From positions 1-40,618 of the forward strand of contig JBOFGC010000498.1 in the NCBI GenBank assembly GCA_051648945.1: a DNA stretch of 40,618 nucleotides, read 5' to 3'. The notes under the pieces are model-generated. The model worked only from the letters and a program-made list of their open reading frames with translations, was not told where the DNA came from and searched no databases. This DNA is from Bacilli bacterium. GTDB lineage: Bacteria > Bacillota > Bacilli > JBOFGC01. Position numbers and translations under genes: made by a program. The number at the start of each line of letters is the position of its first letter. Position 1 is the first letter of the stretch. This document shows positions 23,060 through 35,117 of the stretch, piece after piece.

Positions 23060-23371
23060 ATGCATGTTAAAAAAGGTGATAAAGTCCAAGTAATCACAGG
23101 TAAAGACAAAGGTAAACAAGGTGTTATCTTACAATCATTACCTAAGAAAGACCGTGTAATCGTTGAAGGTATCAACATCGTGAAGAAACACGCTAAACCT
23201 TCTCAAGCTAACCCACAAGGTGGCATCATTGAGAAAGAAGCTGCAATTCACGTTTCTAACGTATTACCAGTAGATCCTAAAACTGGCCAACCAACTCGTG
23301 TGGGATATACATTCGTAGACGGTAAAAAAGTTCGCGTTGCCAAAAAATCTGGTGAAATTTTAGATAAATAA
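23060..23371 (+). CDS. rplX: 50S ribosomal protein L24
   Basis: [21 protein letters not shown] motif, IHVSNV. Confidence 0.99.
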   Translation: MHVKKGDKVQVITGKDKGKQGVILQSLPKKDRVIVEGINIVKKHAKPSQANPQGGIIEKEAAIHVSNVLPVDPKTGQPTRVGYTFVDGKKVRVAKKSGEILDK

Positions 23372-23396
23372 TTATTGAAGAAAGGAGGTCCCACAA

Positions 23397-23936
23397 ATGA
23401 ACCGCCTAAAAGAAAAGTATTCAAAAGAAATTACACCTGCTTTAGTTAGCAAGTTTAACTATAAATCAGTGATGCAAGTCCCACGACTTGAGAAAATCGT
23501 AATCAACATGGGTGTTGGTGACGCTGTGCAAAATTCTAAACTTCTTGATAAAGCTGTGGAAGAATTAACACAAATCGCTGGTCAAAAGCCTGTTATCACT
23601 CGTGCTAAGAACTCAATCGCTGGATTCCGTCTTCGTGAAGGTATGCCAATCGGTTGTAAAGTTACTTTACGCGGTGAGCACATGTATGAGTTCATTGACA
23701 AGTTAGTATCTGTATCTTTACCACGTGTACGTGACTTCCGTGGCGTATCGAAAAAAGCTTTCGATGGCCGTGGTAACTACACTTTAGGTGTTAAAGAACA
23801 GTTGATTTTCCCTGAGATTGATTATGATAAAGTAGATAAAGTTCGTGGTATGGATATCGTTATCGTAACAACTGCAAAAACAGATGAAGAGGCACGTGAG
23901 CTTCTTACAGCTTTCGGTATGCCATTCCAAAAATAA
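23397..23936 (+). CDS. rplE: 50S ribosomal protein L5
   Basis: [25 protein letters not shown]. Confidence 0.99.
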   Translation: MNRLKEKYSKEITPALVSKFNYKSVMQVPRLEKIVINMGVGDAVQNSKLLDKAVEELTQIAGQKPVITRAKNSIAGFRLREGMPIGCKVTLRGEHMYEFIDKLVSVSLPRVRDFRGVSKKAFDGRGNYTLGVKEQLIFPEIDYDKVDKVRGMDIVIVTTAKTDEEARELLTAFGMPFQK

Positions 23937-23939
23937 TAA

Positions 23940-24155
<216 letters not shown>

Positions 24156-24187
24156 TAATCCCATTTCGGGAAGGAGGTTAATTCACA

Positions 24188-24586
24188 ATGACTATGACAG
24201 ATCCAATTGCAGATATGCTTACTCGCATTCGTAATGCAAACATGGTACGTCACGACAAATTAGAGATTCCAAAATCTAAAATCAAGTCTGATATCGCTGA
24301 AATTTTAAAGCGTGAAGGTTTTGTTCGTGATGTTGAATATATCGAAGATAACAAACAAGGTGTTATCCGCATTTTCTTAAAGTACGGTCAAAACAATGAG
24401 CGTGTAATCACTGGCCTAAAGCGTATTTCAAAACCAGGTTTACGTGTTTATGCTAAATCAAATGAAGTACCTCGTGTACTTAACGGATTAGGTATCGCAA
24501 TCATCTCTACATCAAAAGGCCTTTTAACTGACAAAGAAGCTCGTCAACAAGGTGCTGGTGGAGAAGTTGTTGCATACGTTTGGTAA
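24188..24586 (+). CDS. rpsH: 30S ribosomal protein S8
   Basis: [21 protein letters not shown]. Confidence 0.99.
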   Translation: MTMTDPIADMLTRIRNANMVRHDKLEIPKSKIKSDIAEILKREGFVRDVEYIEDNKQGVIRIFLKYGQNNERVITGLKRISKPGLRVYAKSNEVPRVLNGLGIAIISTSKGLLTDKEARQQGAGGEVVAYVW

Positions 24587-24615
24587 TTGACTAAAAGACG
24601 AATGGAGGTGCAACT

Positions 24616-25155
24616 ATGTCTCGTGTAGGTAAAAAATTACTACCAATCACTGCTGATGTTACAATCACAATTGCAGATGATAATACTGTGACTGTAAAAG
24701 GTCCAAAAGGCGAACTTACTCGTAAGTTCCATGAAAACATGACAATCAAAATCGAGGAAGGCGTTTTAACTGTAGAACGTCCAAACGATGAAAAGTTAAA
24801 TCGTGCATTACACGGTACAACACGTGCTCTTTTAGGGAACATGGTTGAAGGTGTAACAAATGGTTTTACTCGTAACTTAGAATTAATCGGGGTAGGTTAC
24901 CGTGCGTCTAAACAAGGTACAAAGCTTGTTCTTAACGTAGGTTACTCTCATCCAGTTGAAATGGAACCTGAAGCAGGAATCGAAATCGAAGTAACAGCTC
25001 CGACAAAGATTTCTATCAAAGGTATCGATAAAGAACGTGTTGGCGCATTAGCAGCTAACATCCGTGCAGTACGTGCACCTGAGCCTTACAAAGGTAAAGG
25101 TATTCGCTATGAAGGCGAAGTAGTACGTCGCAAAGAAGGTAAAACAGGTAAGTAA
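24616..25155 (+). CDS. rplF: 50S ribosomal protein L6
   Basis: [19 protein letters not shown]. Confidence 0.99.
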   Translation: MSRVGKKLLPITADVTITIADDNTVTVKGPKGELTRKFHENMTIKIEEGVLTVERPNDEKLNRALHGTTRALLGNMVEGVTNGFTRNLELIGVGYRASKQGTKLVLNVGYSHPVEMEPEAGIEIEVTAPTKISIKGIDKERVGALAANIRAVRAPEPYKGKGIRYEGEVVRRKEGKTGK

Positions 25156-25187
25156 ACGTAAAAGCTACTAGGAAGGAGTGACACTAC

Positions 25188-25550
25188 ATGATCACGAAAC
25201 CTGATAAGAACGTTGTTCGCAAAAAGCGTCATGCACGTGTACGTCGTAAGTTAGAAGGTACTGCAATTCGCCCACGTCTAAACGTTTTTCGTTCAAATCA
25301 GCATATTTATGCTCAAATCATTGACGATGCAGCTGGCGTAACAATCGCAAGTGCATCTACATTAGATAAAGAACTTTCTCTAGACGCAAAAGGTAACGTA
25401 GCAGCAGCGCAAGCTGTTGGTACATTAGTTGCTACACGCGCTATCGAGAAAGGCGTTAAAGAAGTTGTATTTGACCGTGGCGGATATTTATATCATGGCC
25501 GTGTTAAATCACTAGCAGAAGCTGCTCGTGAAGCAGGCTTACAATTCTAA
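25188..25550 (+). CDS. rplR: 50S ribosomal protein L18
   Basis: [22 protein letters not shown]. Confidence 0.99.
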   Translation: MITKPDKNVVRKKRHARVRRKLEGTAIRPRLNVFRSNQHIYAQIIDDAAGVTIASASTLDKELSLDAKGNVAAAQAVGTLVATRAIEKGVKEVVFDRGGYLYHGRVKSLAEAAREAGLQF

Positions 25551-25570
25551 TAAGTGAAGGAGGGATAACC

Positions 25571-26074
25571 ATGCGTGCAATTGATACAAGCAAACATGAG
25601 TTTGAAACGCGTGTTGTAGGTATTAACCGTGTTGCAAAGGTTGTAAAAGGTGGTCGTCGTTTCCGTTTCGCTGCATTAGTAGTTGTAGGCGATAAGAACG
25701 GTCACTTAGTTGGATTCGGCACAGGTAAAGCTCAAGAGGTTCCTGATGCAATCCGTAAAGCAGAAGAAGATGCAAAGAAAAACTTAATCTCTGTGCCAGT
25801 AGTAGGAACTACAATTCCTCACGAAATCACAGGAATCTTCGGAGCAGGTCAAGTATTCTTGAAACCAGCTTCTGAAGGTACAGGAGTTATCGCTGGCGGA
25901 CCAGTTCGTGCTGTATTAGAACTTGCTGGAGTTAGTGATATCTTATCAAAATCATTAGGTTCGAACACACCAATTAACATGGTTCGTGCTACAATCGAAG
26001 GTTTAAAACAACTTAAACGTGCGGAAGACGTTGCAAAACTTCGCGGCAAATCTGTTCAAGAATTGTTAGGATAA
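25571..26074 (+). CDS. rpsE: 30S ribosomal protein S5
   Basis: [23 protein letters not shown]. Confidence 0.99.
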   Translation: MRAIDTSKHEFETRVVGINRVAKVVKGGRRFRFAALVVVGDKNGHLVGFGTGKAQEVPDAIRKAEEDAKKNLISVPVVGTTIPHEITGIFGAGQVFLKPASEGTGVIAGGPVRAVLELAGVSDILSKSLGSNTPINMVRATIEGLKQLKRAEDVAKLRGKSVQELLG

Positions 26075-26088
26075 GGAGGGAAATTAAG

Positions 26089-26271
26089 ATGGCTAAACAA
26101 CTCGAAATTACCCTCACACGCAGCGTAATCGGTCGCAAACAAGATCAACGTGCTACAGTTGAAGCATTAGGTCTTAAAAAAGTGAACCAAACAGTAGTAA
26201 AAGAAGAAAACGCGGCGATGTTAGGTATGATTAATAAAGTATCTCATTTAGTTAGCGTTAAAGAAATCTAA
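26089..26271 (+). CDS. rpmD: 50S ribosomal protein L30
   Basis: [10 protein letters not shown]...LGLKK...[10 protein letters not shown]. Confidence 0.98.
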   Translation: MAKQLEITLTRSVIGRKQDQRATVEALGLKKVNQTVVKEENAAMLGMINKVSHLVSVKEI

Positions 26272-26298
26272 GCGATTCGTTAAGGAGGTGCCAACGGC

Positions 26299-26739
26299 AT
26301 GAAACTTCATGAACTAAAGCCAGCAGAAGGTTCTCGTAAAGAGCGCAAAAGACTTGGTCGCGGTATCGGTTCTGGTCAAGGTAAAACGGCTGGTAAAGGA
26401 CATAAAGGTCAAAACGCTCGTTCTGGCGGCGGTGTACGCCTCGGTTTCGAGGGTGGTCAAACACCTTTATTCCGTCGTTTACCAAAACGTGGATTCACGA
26501 ACATCAACCGCAAAGAGTTCGCAATTGTGAACCTTGAGCGTCTGAACCAGTTTGAAGAAGGCACAGTAGTAACACCAGAACTTTTATTAGAGACAGGTGT
26601 TATTAGCAAGCTTCGTAGTGGTGTTAAAGTATTAGGAAACGGTAAATTAGAGAAAAAATTAACTGTAAAAGCTAGCAAGTTTAGTGAATCAGCAGTTCAA
26701 GCAATCGAAGCAGCAGGTGGAACAACTGAGGTGATCTAA
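26299..26739 (+). CDS. rplO: 50S ribosomal protein L15
   Basis: [26 protein letters not shown]. Confidence 0.99.
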   Translation: MKLHELKPAEGSRKERKRLGRGIGSGQGKTAGKGHKGQNARSGGGVRLGFEGGQTPLFRRLPKRGFTNINRKEFAIVNLERLNQFEEGTVVTPELLLETGVISKLRSGVKVLGNGKLEKKLTVKASKFSESAVQAIEAAGGTTEVI

Positions 26740-26740
26740 G

Positions 26741-28036
26741 ATGAGTACGATCATTAACCTATTTAAGGTTAAGGATATTCGTAACCGAATTTTGTTCACA
26801 CTAGCTGTGCTAGTTGTATTCCGATTAGGTTCGTTTATCCCAGTTCCGGGTATCAATGTTGAAGCTTTTGCTAGCCAAACTTCAGGAAATGACATTTTTG
26901 GTGTACTGAATATGTTCGGCGGTGGTGCGTTGCAACGATTCTCTATCTTCGCGATGGGAATTATGCCGTACATTACAGCGTCAATCATCATCCAGTTACT
27001 CCAAATGGATGTTGTACCTAAACTTACTGAATGGTCTAAACAAGGTGAGATGGGTCGTAAAAAACTCGCGCAGTTAACGCGTTACCTTACTATTGTATTA
27101 GCGCTTGTTCAAGGTTTATTCATGAGTATTGGTTTTAATAACATGGTACAAGGACAGTTAATCCAAGACCCAAGTTGGAAAACGTATGTTACAATCATGC
27201 TTGTTCTAACGGGTGGTACTGCTTTTCTCATGTGGTTAGCTGAACAGATTACTTCGCATGGTGTTGGTAATGGTATTTCCATTCTAATCTTTGCAGGAAT
27301 CGTCGCAGCTTTACCAACAACGCTAGAACAAATTCTCGTTCAACAGTTCACGGGTGATAAGGATCAAATGTTCACTAGCATCCTGACTGTTGTGTTAATT
27401 GTTTTAGTTGTGATTGCAATTGTTGTTGGAGTTATCTTCATACAACAGGCAACACGCAAAATTCCAATTCAGTATGCGAAGCGTACAGGTGGTACGATGC
27501 CTGCAATGGGCAATCAAAGTACACACCTTCCGCTAAAAATCAATTCAGCAGGTGTTATTCCAGTAATCTTTGCCGTATCGTTTATAACGACGCCGTATAC
27601 GATTGCTCAGTTTTGGGCAGGCAGCCCTGTTGCCGACTGGATTATCAGAGTTTTTGACTATCAGAAACCGATTGGAATGACGATGTACGTTGCGCTCATC
27701 ATTGCTTTCACATACTTCTACGCGTTCGTTCAGGTTAATCCTGAGCAAATGGCAGAGAACCTTAAAAAACAAGGCGGTTATGTACCAGGCATTCGTCCAG
27801 GTAAACAAACCGAAGAATACTTCAATGCTGTGTTATACCGTTTGACGTTTGTTGGATCAATTTTCTTAGCACTTATTGCTGTAATGCCGATGATTTTCAT
27901 CGCTATTGCGAAATTGCCACCATCAGCGCAAATCGGTGGAACGAGCTTACTCATCGTAGTAGGTGTAGCACTGGAAACTGTGAAGCAACTTGAGAGCCAG
28001 CTCGTAAAGAGACATTATCAAGGTTTCATTAAATAA
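26741..28036 (+). CDS. secY: Preprotein translocase subunit SecY
   Basis: GIMPYITASII, GVGNGIS, PGIRPG, GGTSLLIVVGV; multiple hydrophobic segments. Confidence 0.99.
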   Translation: MSTIINLFKVKDIRNRILFTLAVLVVFRLGSFIPVPGINVEAFASQTSGNDIFGVLNMFGGGALQRFSIFAMGIMPYITASIIIQLLQMDVVPKLTEWSKQGEMGRKKLAQLTRYLTIVLALVQGLFMSIGFNNMVQGQLIQDPSWKTYVTIMLVLTGGTAFLMWLAEQITSHGVGNGISILIFAGIVAALPTTLEQILVQQFTGDKDQMFTSILTVVLIVLVVIAIVVGVIFIQQATRKIPIQYAKRTGGTMPAMGNQSTHLPLKINSAGVIPVIFAVSFITTPYTIAQFWAGSPVADWIIRVFDYQKPIGMTMYVALIIAFTYFYAFVQVNPEQMAENLKKQGGYVPGIRPGKQTEEYFNAVLYRLTFVGSIFLALIAVMPMIFIAIAKLPPSAQIGGTSLLIVVGVALETVKQLESQLVKRHYQGFIK

Positions 28037-28053
28037 GCGTATGGGAAGTGTAA

Positions 28054-28749
<696 letters not shown>

Positions 28750-28976
28750 CTTTGTCTTAGAATCGGACAACAACTTCATGAGCTTGCAAATAGGCTGCTC
28801 TTATGAGTGTGCATACATTGTGAATGGTACTCATGAAAATCACTCATTCAGTTTTAGAAATTTATTTCTGAAATTGTGATCATCAATCGTATTCTCCACA
28901 AGTCTTCGGCAAAACTTAATAATAAGTAATGCACTGTAGTTGTCTACTCAATGACTTGAAGAAAGGAGATTTTATT
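28750..28976 (+). pseudogene. Possible eroded relic of the KOW/L14e-like small gene normally found before infA
   Basis: Fragments in different frames (LRIGQ; AYIVNG; FISEIV...AKL; LLNDLKKGD) resemble, from memory, successive parts of the Bacillus KOW protein at this position; no intact ORF or start. Confidence 0.35.
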
Positions 28977-29195
28977 GTGGCTAAAGAAGATGTAATTGAG
29001 TTAGAAGGTAAAGTATTAGAAACTTTGCCAAATGCTATGTTTAAAGTCGAGCTCGAGAATGGTCATGTAATTTTAGCTCATGTTTCTGGCAAAATTCGTA
29101 TGAACTTCATTCGTATCTTACCAGGTGATCGTGTAACAATAGAGTTATCGCCATATGATCTTACTCGTGGTCGCATCACTTATCGTTTTAAATAA
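28977..29195 (+). CDS. infA: Translation initiation factor IF-1
   Basis: [25 protein letters not shown]; GTG 28977 after AAAGGAG. Confidence 0.99.
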   Translation: MAKEDVIELEGKVLETLPNAMFKVELENGHVILAHVSGKIRMNFIRILPGDRVTIELSPYDLTRGRITYRFK

Positions 29196-29228
29196 TTAGA
29201 CGCTCCGTAACATATAAGGAGGTTTTGA

Positions 29229-29345
<117 letters not shown>

Positions 29346-29367
29346 TTTTTAGAGGAGGTGTAACCTA

Positions 29368-29733
29368 ATGGCTCGTATTGCAGGTGTTGATATCCCTCGT
29401 GATAAACGCGTTGTCATTTCATTAACATATATTTTCGGTATTGGTCGCCCTACGGCACACCAGATCTTAGCAGAAGCAGGCGTTTCTGAAGAGACTCGTG
29501 TACGTGACTTAACTGAAGATGAACTTAACAAAATTCGTGAAGTTGTTGACCGTTTCAAGGTAGAAGGTGACTTACGTCGTGAGATTTCATTAAACATCAA
29601 ACGTTTAATGGAAATCGGTTCTTATCGCGGAATCCGTCATCGTCGTGGATTACCAGTTCGTGGACAAAACACGAAAAACAATGCGCGTACGCGCAAAGGC
29701 CCACGTCGCACAGTAGCGAACAAAAAGAAATAA
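29368..29733 (+). CDS. rpsM: 30S ribosomal protein S13
   Basis: [19 protein letters not shown]. Confidence 0.99.
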   Translation: MARIAGVDIPRDKRVVISLTYIFGIGRPTAHQILAEAGVSEETRVRDLTEDELNKIREVVDRFKVEGDLRREISLNIKRLMEIGSYRGIRHRRGLPVRGQNTKNNARTRKGPRRTVANKKK

Positions 29734-29755
29734 TCCTAGTAAAGGAGGTTAATGA

Positions 29756-30148
<393 letters not shown>

Positions 30149-30154
30149 TTAGAT

Positions 30155-30184
30155 TTGTATATTTTTCATGCATATGTCTATAAT
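30155..30184 (+). promoter_or_regulatory. Probable internal sigma-A promoter for rpoA-rplQ
   Basis: TTGTAT, 18 bp, TATAAT. Confidence 0.55.
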
Positions 30185-30310
30185 GAATATGTTAGTTAAA
30201 ATAGAGAGATAAATCTTCAAGTTGTGCACAATCGTGAACTGCCTTAAAGGGGGACAATCGATTAGTACAAACTAATCGGATTTCGACGTTTTGAAGGAGG
30301 GTTAAGAACA

Positions 30311-31255
30311 ATGATTGAAATTGAAAAACCAAAGATTGAAACGGTTGAGTTAAGCGAAGATTCCAAGTACGGTAAGTTCGTGATCGAACCACTCGAGCGT
30401 GGATATGGAACTACACTAGGTAACTCCTTACGTCGTATCCTACTTTCTTCACTTCCTGGTGCAGCTGTAACTGCTATTCATATCGAAGGCGTGTTACATG
30501 AGTTTTCAACGGTTCAAGGTGTTGAGGAAGATGTTGCCACGATTATCGTGAACATGAAAAAACTCGCACTTAAAATCTACTCTGATGAAGAAAAAACATT
30601 AGAGATTGATGTACAGGGTGAAGGAGTTGTTACGGCAGCTGACATTCGTCATGACAGTGATGTTGAAATCTTAAATCCGGATTTACACATCGCTACATTG
30701 GCGAGTAATGCGAACTTCCGTGTTCGTATGACAGCTAAAAAAGGTCGTGGTTACACTACTGCTGATGCGAACAAAAAAGAGGATCAAGCAATTGGTGTAA
30801 TTCCTATTGATTCAATTTATACTCCTGTGTCCCGCGTAACTTACCAAGTTGAGAACACGCGCATTGGGCAAGTTGCAAACTATGACAAGTTAACATTAGA
30901 TTTATGGACTGACGGAAGCATCGGACCGAAAGATGCGATGGCTCTAGGTTCTAAAATTTTAATCGAACACTTAAATATCTTCGCAAATCTTACGGATGAG
31001 GCTACTACGGCTGTAATCATGGAAGAAAAAGAAGAGGACAAAAAGGAAAAAGTTCTTGAGATGACTATCGAAGAACTCGACCTCTCTGTTCGTGCGTATA
31101 ACTGCTTAAAACGTGCTGGAATTAACACGGTACAAGAATTAGCTAATAAAACAGAAGAAGATATGATGAAGGTTCGTAACCTTGGTCGTAAATCATTAGA
31201 GGAAGTAAAACATAAGCTTGAAGAGCTTGGTTTAGGTCTTCGTAAAGACGACTAA
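30311..31255 (+). CDS. rpoA: DNA-directed RNA polymerase subunit alpha
   Basis: [35 protein letters not shown]. Confidence 0.99.
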   Translation: MIEIEKPKIETVELSEDSKYGKFVIEPLERGYGTTLGNSLRRILLSSLPGAAVTAIHIEGVLHEFSTVQGVEEDVATIIVNMKKLALKIYSDEEKTLEIDVQGEGVVTAADIRHDSDVEILNPDLHIATLASNANFRVRMTAKKGRGYTTADANKKEDQAIGVIPIDSIYTPVSRVTYQVENTRIGQVANYDKLTLDLWTDGSIGPKDAMALGSKILIEHLNIFANLTDEATTAVIMEEKEEDKKEKVLEMTIEELDLSVRAYNCLKRAGINTVQELANKTEEDMMKVRNLGRKSLEEVKHKLEELGLGLRKDD

Positions 31256-31328
31256 TACTTCCCACTAATGTGGGCTGACGACTTCATTTATATCGCATAT
31301 AACGTAAACAAAGGAGGGAACATCCGTC

Positions 31329-31691
31329 ATGGGATACAGAAAACTAGGACGCACAAGTTCTCAACGTAAAGCTTTATTACGTGATCTTGCAACTGATCTA
31401 ATTATCAACGAACGTATCGAAACAACTGAAATGAAAGCGAAAGAGCTTCGTTCAGTCGTTGAGAAAATGATCACACTAGGAAAGCGTGGCGATCTTCATG
31501 CTCGCCGTCAAGCAGCTTCTTTCGTTCGTAAAGAAATTGCTAACGCTGAAACTGGTCAAGATGCGATTCAAAAATTATTCGTTGATATCGCTCCGCGTTA
31601 TGCAGAGCGTAACGGTGGATACACTCGTATCGCTAAAATTGGTCCTCGTCGTGGGGACGCAGCTTTAATGGTTATCATTGAGCTTGTATAA
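31329..31691 (+). CDS. rplQ: 50S ribosomal protein L17
   Basis: [24 protein letters not shown]. Confidence 0.99.
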   Translation: MGYRKLGRTSSQRKALLRDLATDLIINERIETTEMKAKELRSVVEKMITLGKRGDLHARRQAASFVRKEIANAETGQDAIQKLFVDIAPRYAERNGGYTRIAKIGPRRGDAALMVIIELV

Positions 31692-31696
31692 TAAAT

Positions 31697-31735
31697 AAAA
31701 AAGTGAGAATGCTTTTGCATCCTCGCTTTTTTTTT
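31697..31735 (+). terminator. Intrinsic terminator after rplQ
   Basis: AAAAAGTGAG.ATGC/GCAT.CTCGCTTTTT stem followed by a long T tract. Confidence 0.85.
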
Positions 31736-31791
31736 ATGTCCGAAACAACGTATCATGGTACAATGTTGCTAAAACAAAAAGGACGAGGAAC

Positions 31792-32598
31792 ATGGCACTA
31801 TTATCATGTAAAAATGTCACTTTTCACTACCGAGAAAAAAACACCAACATCCACGAATTGAATTGCGAACTATTCGAAAACGACTGGATATGTATTATCG
31901 GGACGAATGGTACTGGTAAGTCAACATTTGCAAAATTACTCTGTGGGATTCTTTTTCCGAGTCATGGTGAAATTGTTCTTCATGACGAAGTGACACTAAA
32001 TAAAGAAAATGCGAAACAGTTTCACCAAAGTGTAGGGTATTTGTTTCAAAATCCAGAACATCAATTTTTTTGTCCGACAGTTGAAGAAGACATTCTGTTT
32101 AGTGCTGTTCAAAACGGAATGGACGTGGCCGAGCGCGAGCAGCGATTTACAGAAATCGTGGAAAGTTTGCAAATTGCTTCGCTGCTTAAGAAAAATGTGT
32201 ATGAAATGAGTGGGGGAGAGAAGCAGTTCATTGCATTAGCAGGCGTTTTGATGACGCGCCCTGCAGTCATTATTGTAGACGAGGCGAGTGCTATGATGGA
32301 CGAGCAAAATTCGCTACTGTTTTTTGCTGTTTTGAAAGCGATGCAAAAACAGTATAACTTTGCTGTCATTTCGATTTCGCACACACTCGATGACCTCAAG
32401 TATGCGAAGGCGTTGTGGTATTTTAATGAAAACGGCATGATACAGTATGACACATTAGAAACACTGTTAAATGGCGCAGAACTGCCTAAATTTGTATTTG
32501 ATACACTCCCGCCACTCTATCAGTTACAACATCTTGATAAACAGTGTAGCGTTGTATTTCATACGTTTGAGGAGTGGAGGCAGTCGGATGAAAATTAA
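31792..32598 (+). CDS. ecfA1: ECF transporter ATPase A1 (diverged)
   Basis: Walker A GTNGTGKST, FQNPEHQF Q-loop, MSGGEKQ signature, IIVDEA Walker B, ISH; position after rplQ. Confidence 0.85.
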   Translation: MALLSCKNVTFHYREKNTNIHELNCELFENDWICIIGTNGTGKSTFAKLLCGILFPSHGEIVLHDEVTLNKENAKQFHQSVGYLFQNPEHQFFCPTVEEDILFSAVQNGMDVAEREQRFTEIVESLQIASLLKKNVYEMSGGEKQFIALAGVLMTRPAVIIVDEASAMMDEQNSLLFFAVLKAMQKQYNFAVISISHTLDDLKYAKALWYFNENGMIQYDTLETLLNGAELPKFVFDTLPPLYQLQHLDKQCSVVFHTFEEWRQSDEN

Positions 32599-33415
32599 AG
32601 TTGAAAACCTCACTTTTGCATATACAAGTGAACAAGCTTCCTTACTTAATGAGATCTGTTGTTCCTTCGAGTTCCCCGGTGTTTATTTTTTAACAGGAAG
32701 GAATGGAACCGGAAAATCGACGCTTGGATTGCTTTTAAATGGGACGTATACACCAATAAATGGGACGGTTAAAATTGGAGAGAATATAGTTCTTCATCCA
32801 AAAGTAGGCGCAAAAGATATAAAGGCAGCAAAACGTACAGTGGGCTATGTTTTTCAGTTTCCAGAACATCAACTTTTTGAATATACCGTTGCACGAGAAT
32901 TAGAATTTGGATGTATTACATTAGGTGGATTAAAACGAAAAGAAATTCCTCACACACTTCTTGAGAGAGCACTAGAAGAAGTTGGTTTAAGTCCCGAATA
33001 TCTCGAACGTAATCCGTTTGAATTAAGTGGAGGAGAACAACGACGGGTGACAATTGCGAGTACGCTCGTAATAAGCCCCGAAGTGATTATTTTTGACGAA
33101 CCGACTGTTGGGTTGGATAGCGACGGAAAAACGCATCTACGCACCCTTATTGAAGCGTTAGGGCGAACAAAAATAGTTATAGTCATCACGCATGACCGTG
33201 AATTTGCGTACCCAATAAAGGGCAAGTATTTACATCTTGAAGAAAACAAGATTTCTTTCTTTGAAGATGGTGATATTTGGTCGGAAAAACAGAACCGTGA
33301 TGATCAAAGTATGTTATTTAAAATGAAAAAAGCGCGCCAAGGTTCGGATGTATCCCCATACAAAAAAGAGCAAATCGAAAAGATGTTAACACGACGAGGA
33401 ATCAATTATGAATAA
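32588..33415 (+). CDS. ecfA2: ECF transporter ATPase A2
   Basis: GRNGTGKST, VFQFPEHQLFE, PFELSGGEQRRV, DEPTVGLD; ATG 32588 after GGAGG, overlapping ecfA1. Confidence 0.9.
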   Translation: MKIKVENLTFAYTSEQASLLNEICCSFEFPGVYFLTGRNGTGKSTLGLLLNGTYTPINGTVKIGENIVLHPKVGAKDIKAAKRTVGYVFQFPEHQLFEYTVARELEFGCITLGGLKRKEIPHTLLERALEEVGLSPEYLERNPFELSGGEQRRVTIASTLVISPEVIIFDEPTVGLDSDGKTHLRTLIEALGRTKIVIVITHDREFAYPIKGKYLHLEENKISFFEDGDIWSEKQNRDDQSMLFKMKKARQGSDVSPYKKEQIEKMLTRRGINYE

Positions 33416-34196
33416 TACGATGACAACATCTTATATCGAAAAAGATTCATGGTTACATACAATGGAGCCACGTATAAAATTTTTATGGATTTCAGTCATC
33501 CTCCTTATATTTGCAAACGTAAGTAGCGTCCTGCAAGTTAGCTTGTTGTTCCTTTTAAATGTATTCATAATAAAATCCATAGGCTTTTCTTTACAGATGT
33601 TCAAGCATGCCATTGGTGCAATTCAATTTATTTTCTTTATGACTTTATTTTTTGAAGTGATATTTGGGGATGTAACGACCGCTTTTTGGCGTTTGGGTCC
33701 ATTAGAACTCGGATGGCCTGGCATTGAAAGAGTGATTGTTGTCACTGGACGAATAGGTGTACTCATTCTATTTAGCTCGCTCCTGACAATGACAACGAAA
33801 CTTACGCAACTTACGAATGTATTTTTATGGTTGTTGTATCCGTTTCAAGCAATTGGTGTTCGTATTAATGAGTGGGCATTGATGCTAAGCGTCGCTCTTC
33901 GTTTTATCCCAATTATTATTGAAGAAGGCACAAAAATTAAAACAGCGCAGTCTGCGCGCGGCGTTGATTGGTCAAATAAGAACATCTTCGCAGTTGCGAC
34001 AGCTTATACAAGTTTGCTCGTCCCCTTAACGTTACAGTGTATTTACCGTGCCGAGACGATGGGCGTAGCATTAGAATTAAAAGGATTTGACCGTAATCGC
34101 AAAGTAGAGATTCCACACACACCGTTTCATTTGCATGGCATGGGGTGGATTACCAGTATTACCATACTATCGATAGGGATTGTCTTTGTGTTATAG
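33408..34196 (+). CDS. ecfT: ECF transporter transmembrane component T
   Basis: LH.MEPR.K, LTMTT, SVALRFIP, AQSARG; hydrophobic helices. Confidence 0.88.
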   Translation: MNNTMTTSYIEKDSWLHTMEPRIKFLWISVILLIFANVSSVLQVSLLFLLNVFIIKSIGFSLQMFKHAIGAIQFIFFMTLFFEVIFGDVTTAFWRLGPLELGWPGIERVIVVTGRIGVLILFSSLLTMTTKLTQLTNVFLWLLYPFQAIGVRINEWALMLSVALRFIPIIIEEGTKIKTAQSARGVDWSNKNIFAVATAYTSLLVPLTLQCIYRAETMGVALELKGFDRNRKVEIPHTPFHLHGMGWITSITILSIGIVFVL

Positions 34197-34225
34197 TGTT
34201 TAAATCCGTAGAAGGAGGTGTAAAA

Positions 34226-34969
34226 GTGAGCAGAGTAGCACTTACTTTTCGCTATGACGGAACAAAGTTTTCAGGTTATCAAGTTCAACCAGGACAACGA
34301 ACAGTTCAAGGTGAAATTGAAAAAGCATTAAAGAAAATGCATAAAGGTGAATATATCAAAATGCATGCATCCGGTCGAACTGATCAAGGTGTTCATGCAA
34401 ATGGACAAGTTGCTCACTTTGATAGTACGCTTCAAATAAGTGAAAAAGCATGGAAAAATGCACTAAATGTGAACATTCCAGAAGACATTCAAATTACAGC
34501 AGCGCATCATGTAGCCGAAGATTGGCATGCGCGCTACAACGTCGAAAAAAAAGAATATCGGTATTATGTAAGAAATTGTAGTGAAATTGATATTTTTCGT
34601 CGAAACTATGAATGGCATGTTCCATTTCCTTTAGATGAGAAAGAGATGCAATGTGCTTTACAACACTTTTTGGGTACACATGATTTCACATCATTTTGCT
34701 CAAGCAAAACAGTTACAGATAATAAAGTACGAACGATTTATGTGGCAAATGTGACAAAAGAAGACGAACAGCTCGTCTTTACTTTTGTTGGAAATGGCTT
34801 TTTGTACAATATGGTACGTATTATTGTAGGAACAATTATTGACGTAGGTAGAGGGAAACGCAACGCAAATGACATGCCTGGTATCGTTGCAGGGAGAAAT
34901 CGCTCCCTTACTGGACGCATGGCGCCTGCCCATGGATTATTTTTACATGAAGTAATGTATAAAAAATAA
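34226..34969 (+). CDS. truA: tRNA pseudouridine(38-40) synthase
   Basis: YDGT.FSGYQ.Q, SGRTDQGVHA, GTHDFTSF, GFLYNMVR; GTG 34226 after GGAGGTG. Confidence 0.97.
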   Translation: MSRVALTFRYDGTKFSGYQVQPGQRTVQGEIEKALKKMHKGEYIKMHASGRTDQGVHANGQVAHFDSTLQISEKAWKNALNVNIPEDIQITAAHHVAEDWHARYNVEKKEYRYYVRNCSEIDIFRRNYEWHVPFPLDEKEMQCALQHFLGTHDFTSFCSSKTVTDNKVRTIYVANVTKEDEQLVFTFVGNGFLYNMVRIIVGTIIDVGRGKRNANDMPGIVAGRNRSLTGRMAPAHGLFLHEVMYKK

Positions 34970-34980
34970 AGAAAGAATCC

Positions 34981-35009
34981 TTGACTTTATTTCATATGCA
35001 TTATAAAAT
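34981..35009 (+). promoter_or_regulatory. sigma-A promoter for rplM-rpsI
   Basis: TTGACT, 17 bp, TAAAAT. Confidence 0.8.
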
Positions 35010-35017
35010 ATTAGACA

Positions 35018-35080
35018 GTATTGTTTTCAAAAAACCACGATGGGCCCCGGAAAGAAGTCGTGTTTTATGATAAAACAGTT
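35018..35080 (+). promoter_or_regulatory. L13 leader RNA
   Basis: TGTTTT...CACGAT.GGCCCCGGAA...GTCGTG...AAAACA, the L13 leader pattern, upstream of rplM. Confidence 0.85.
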
Positions 35081-35117
35081 TTTATTCCAATGAAGTTATT
35101 TTTAGGAGGGAAAAGCA

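Noticed and set aside
31792-34969. ecf-truA as a horizontally acquired island because of different codon usage
   Set aside because: It sits at the standard position between rplQ and rplM; the codon shift fits lower expression, and there are no mobility genes or flanking repeats.
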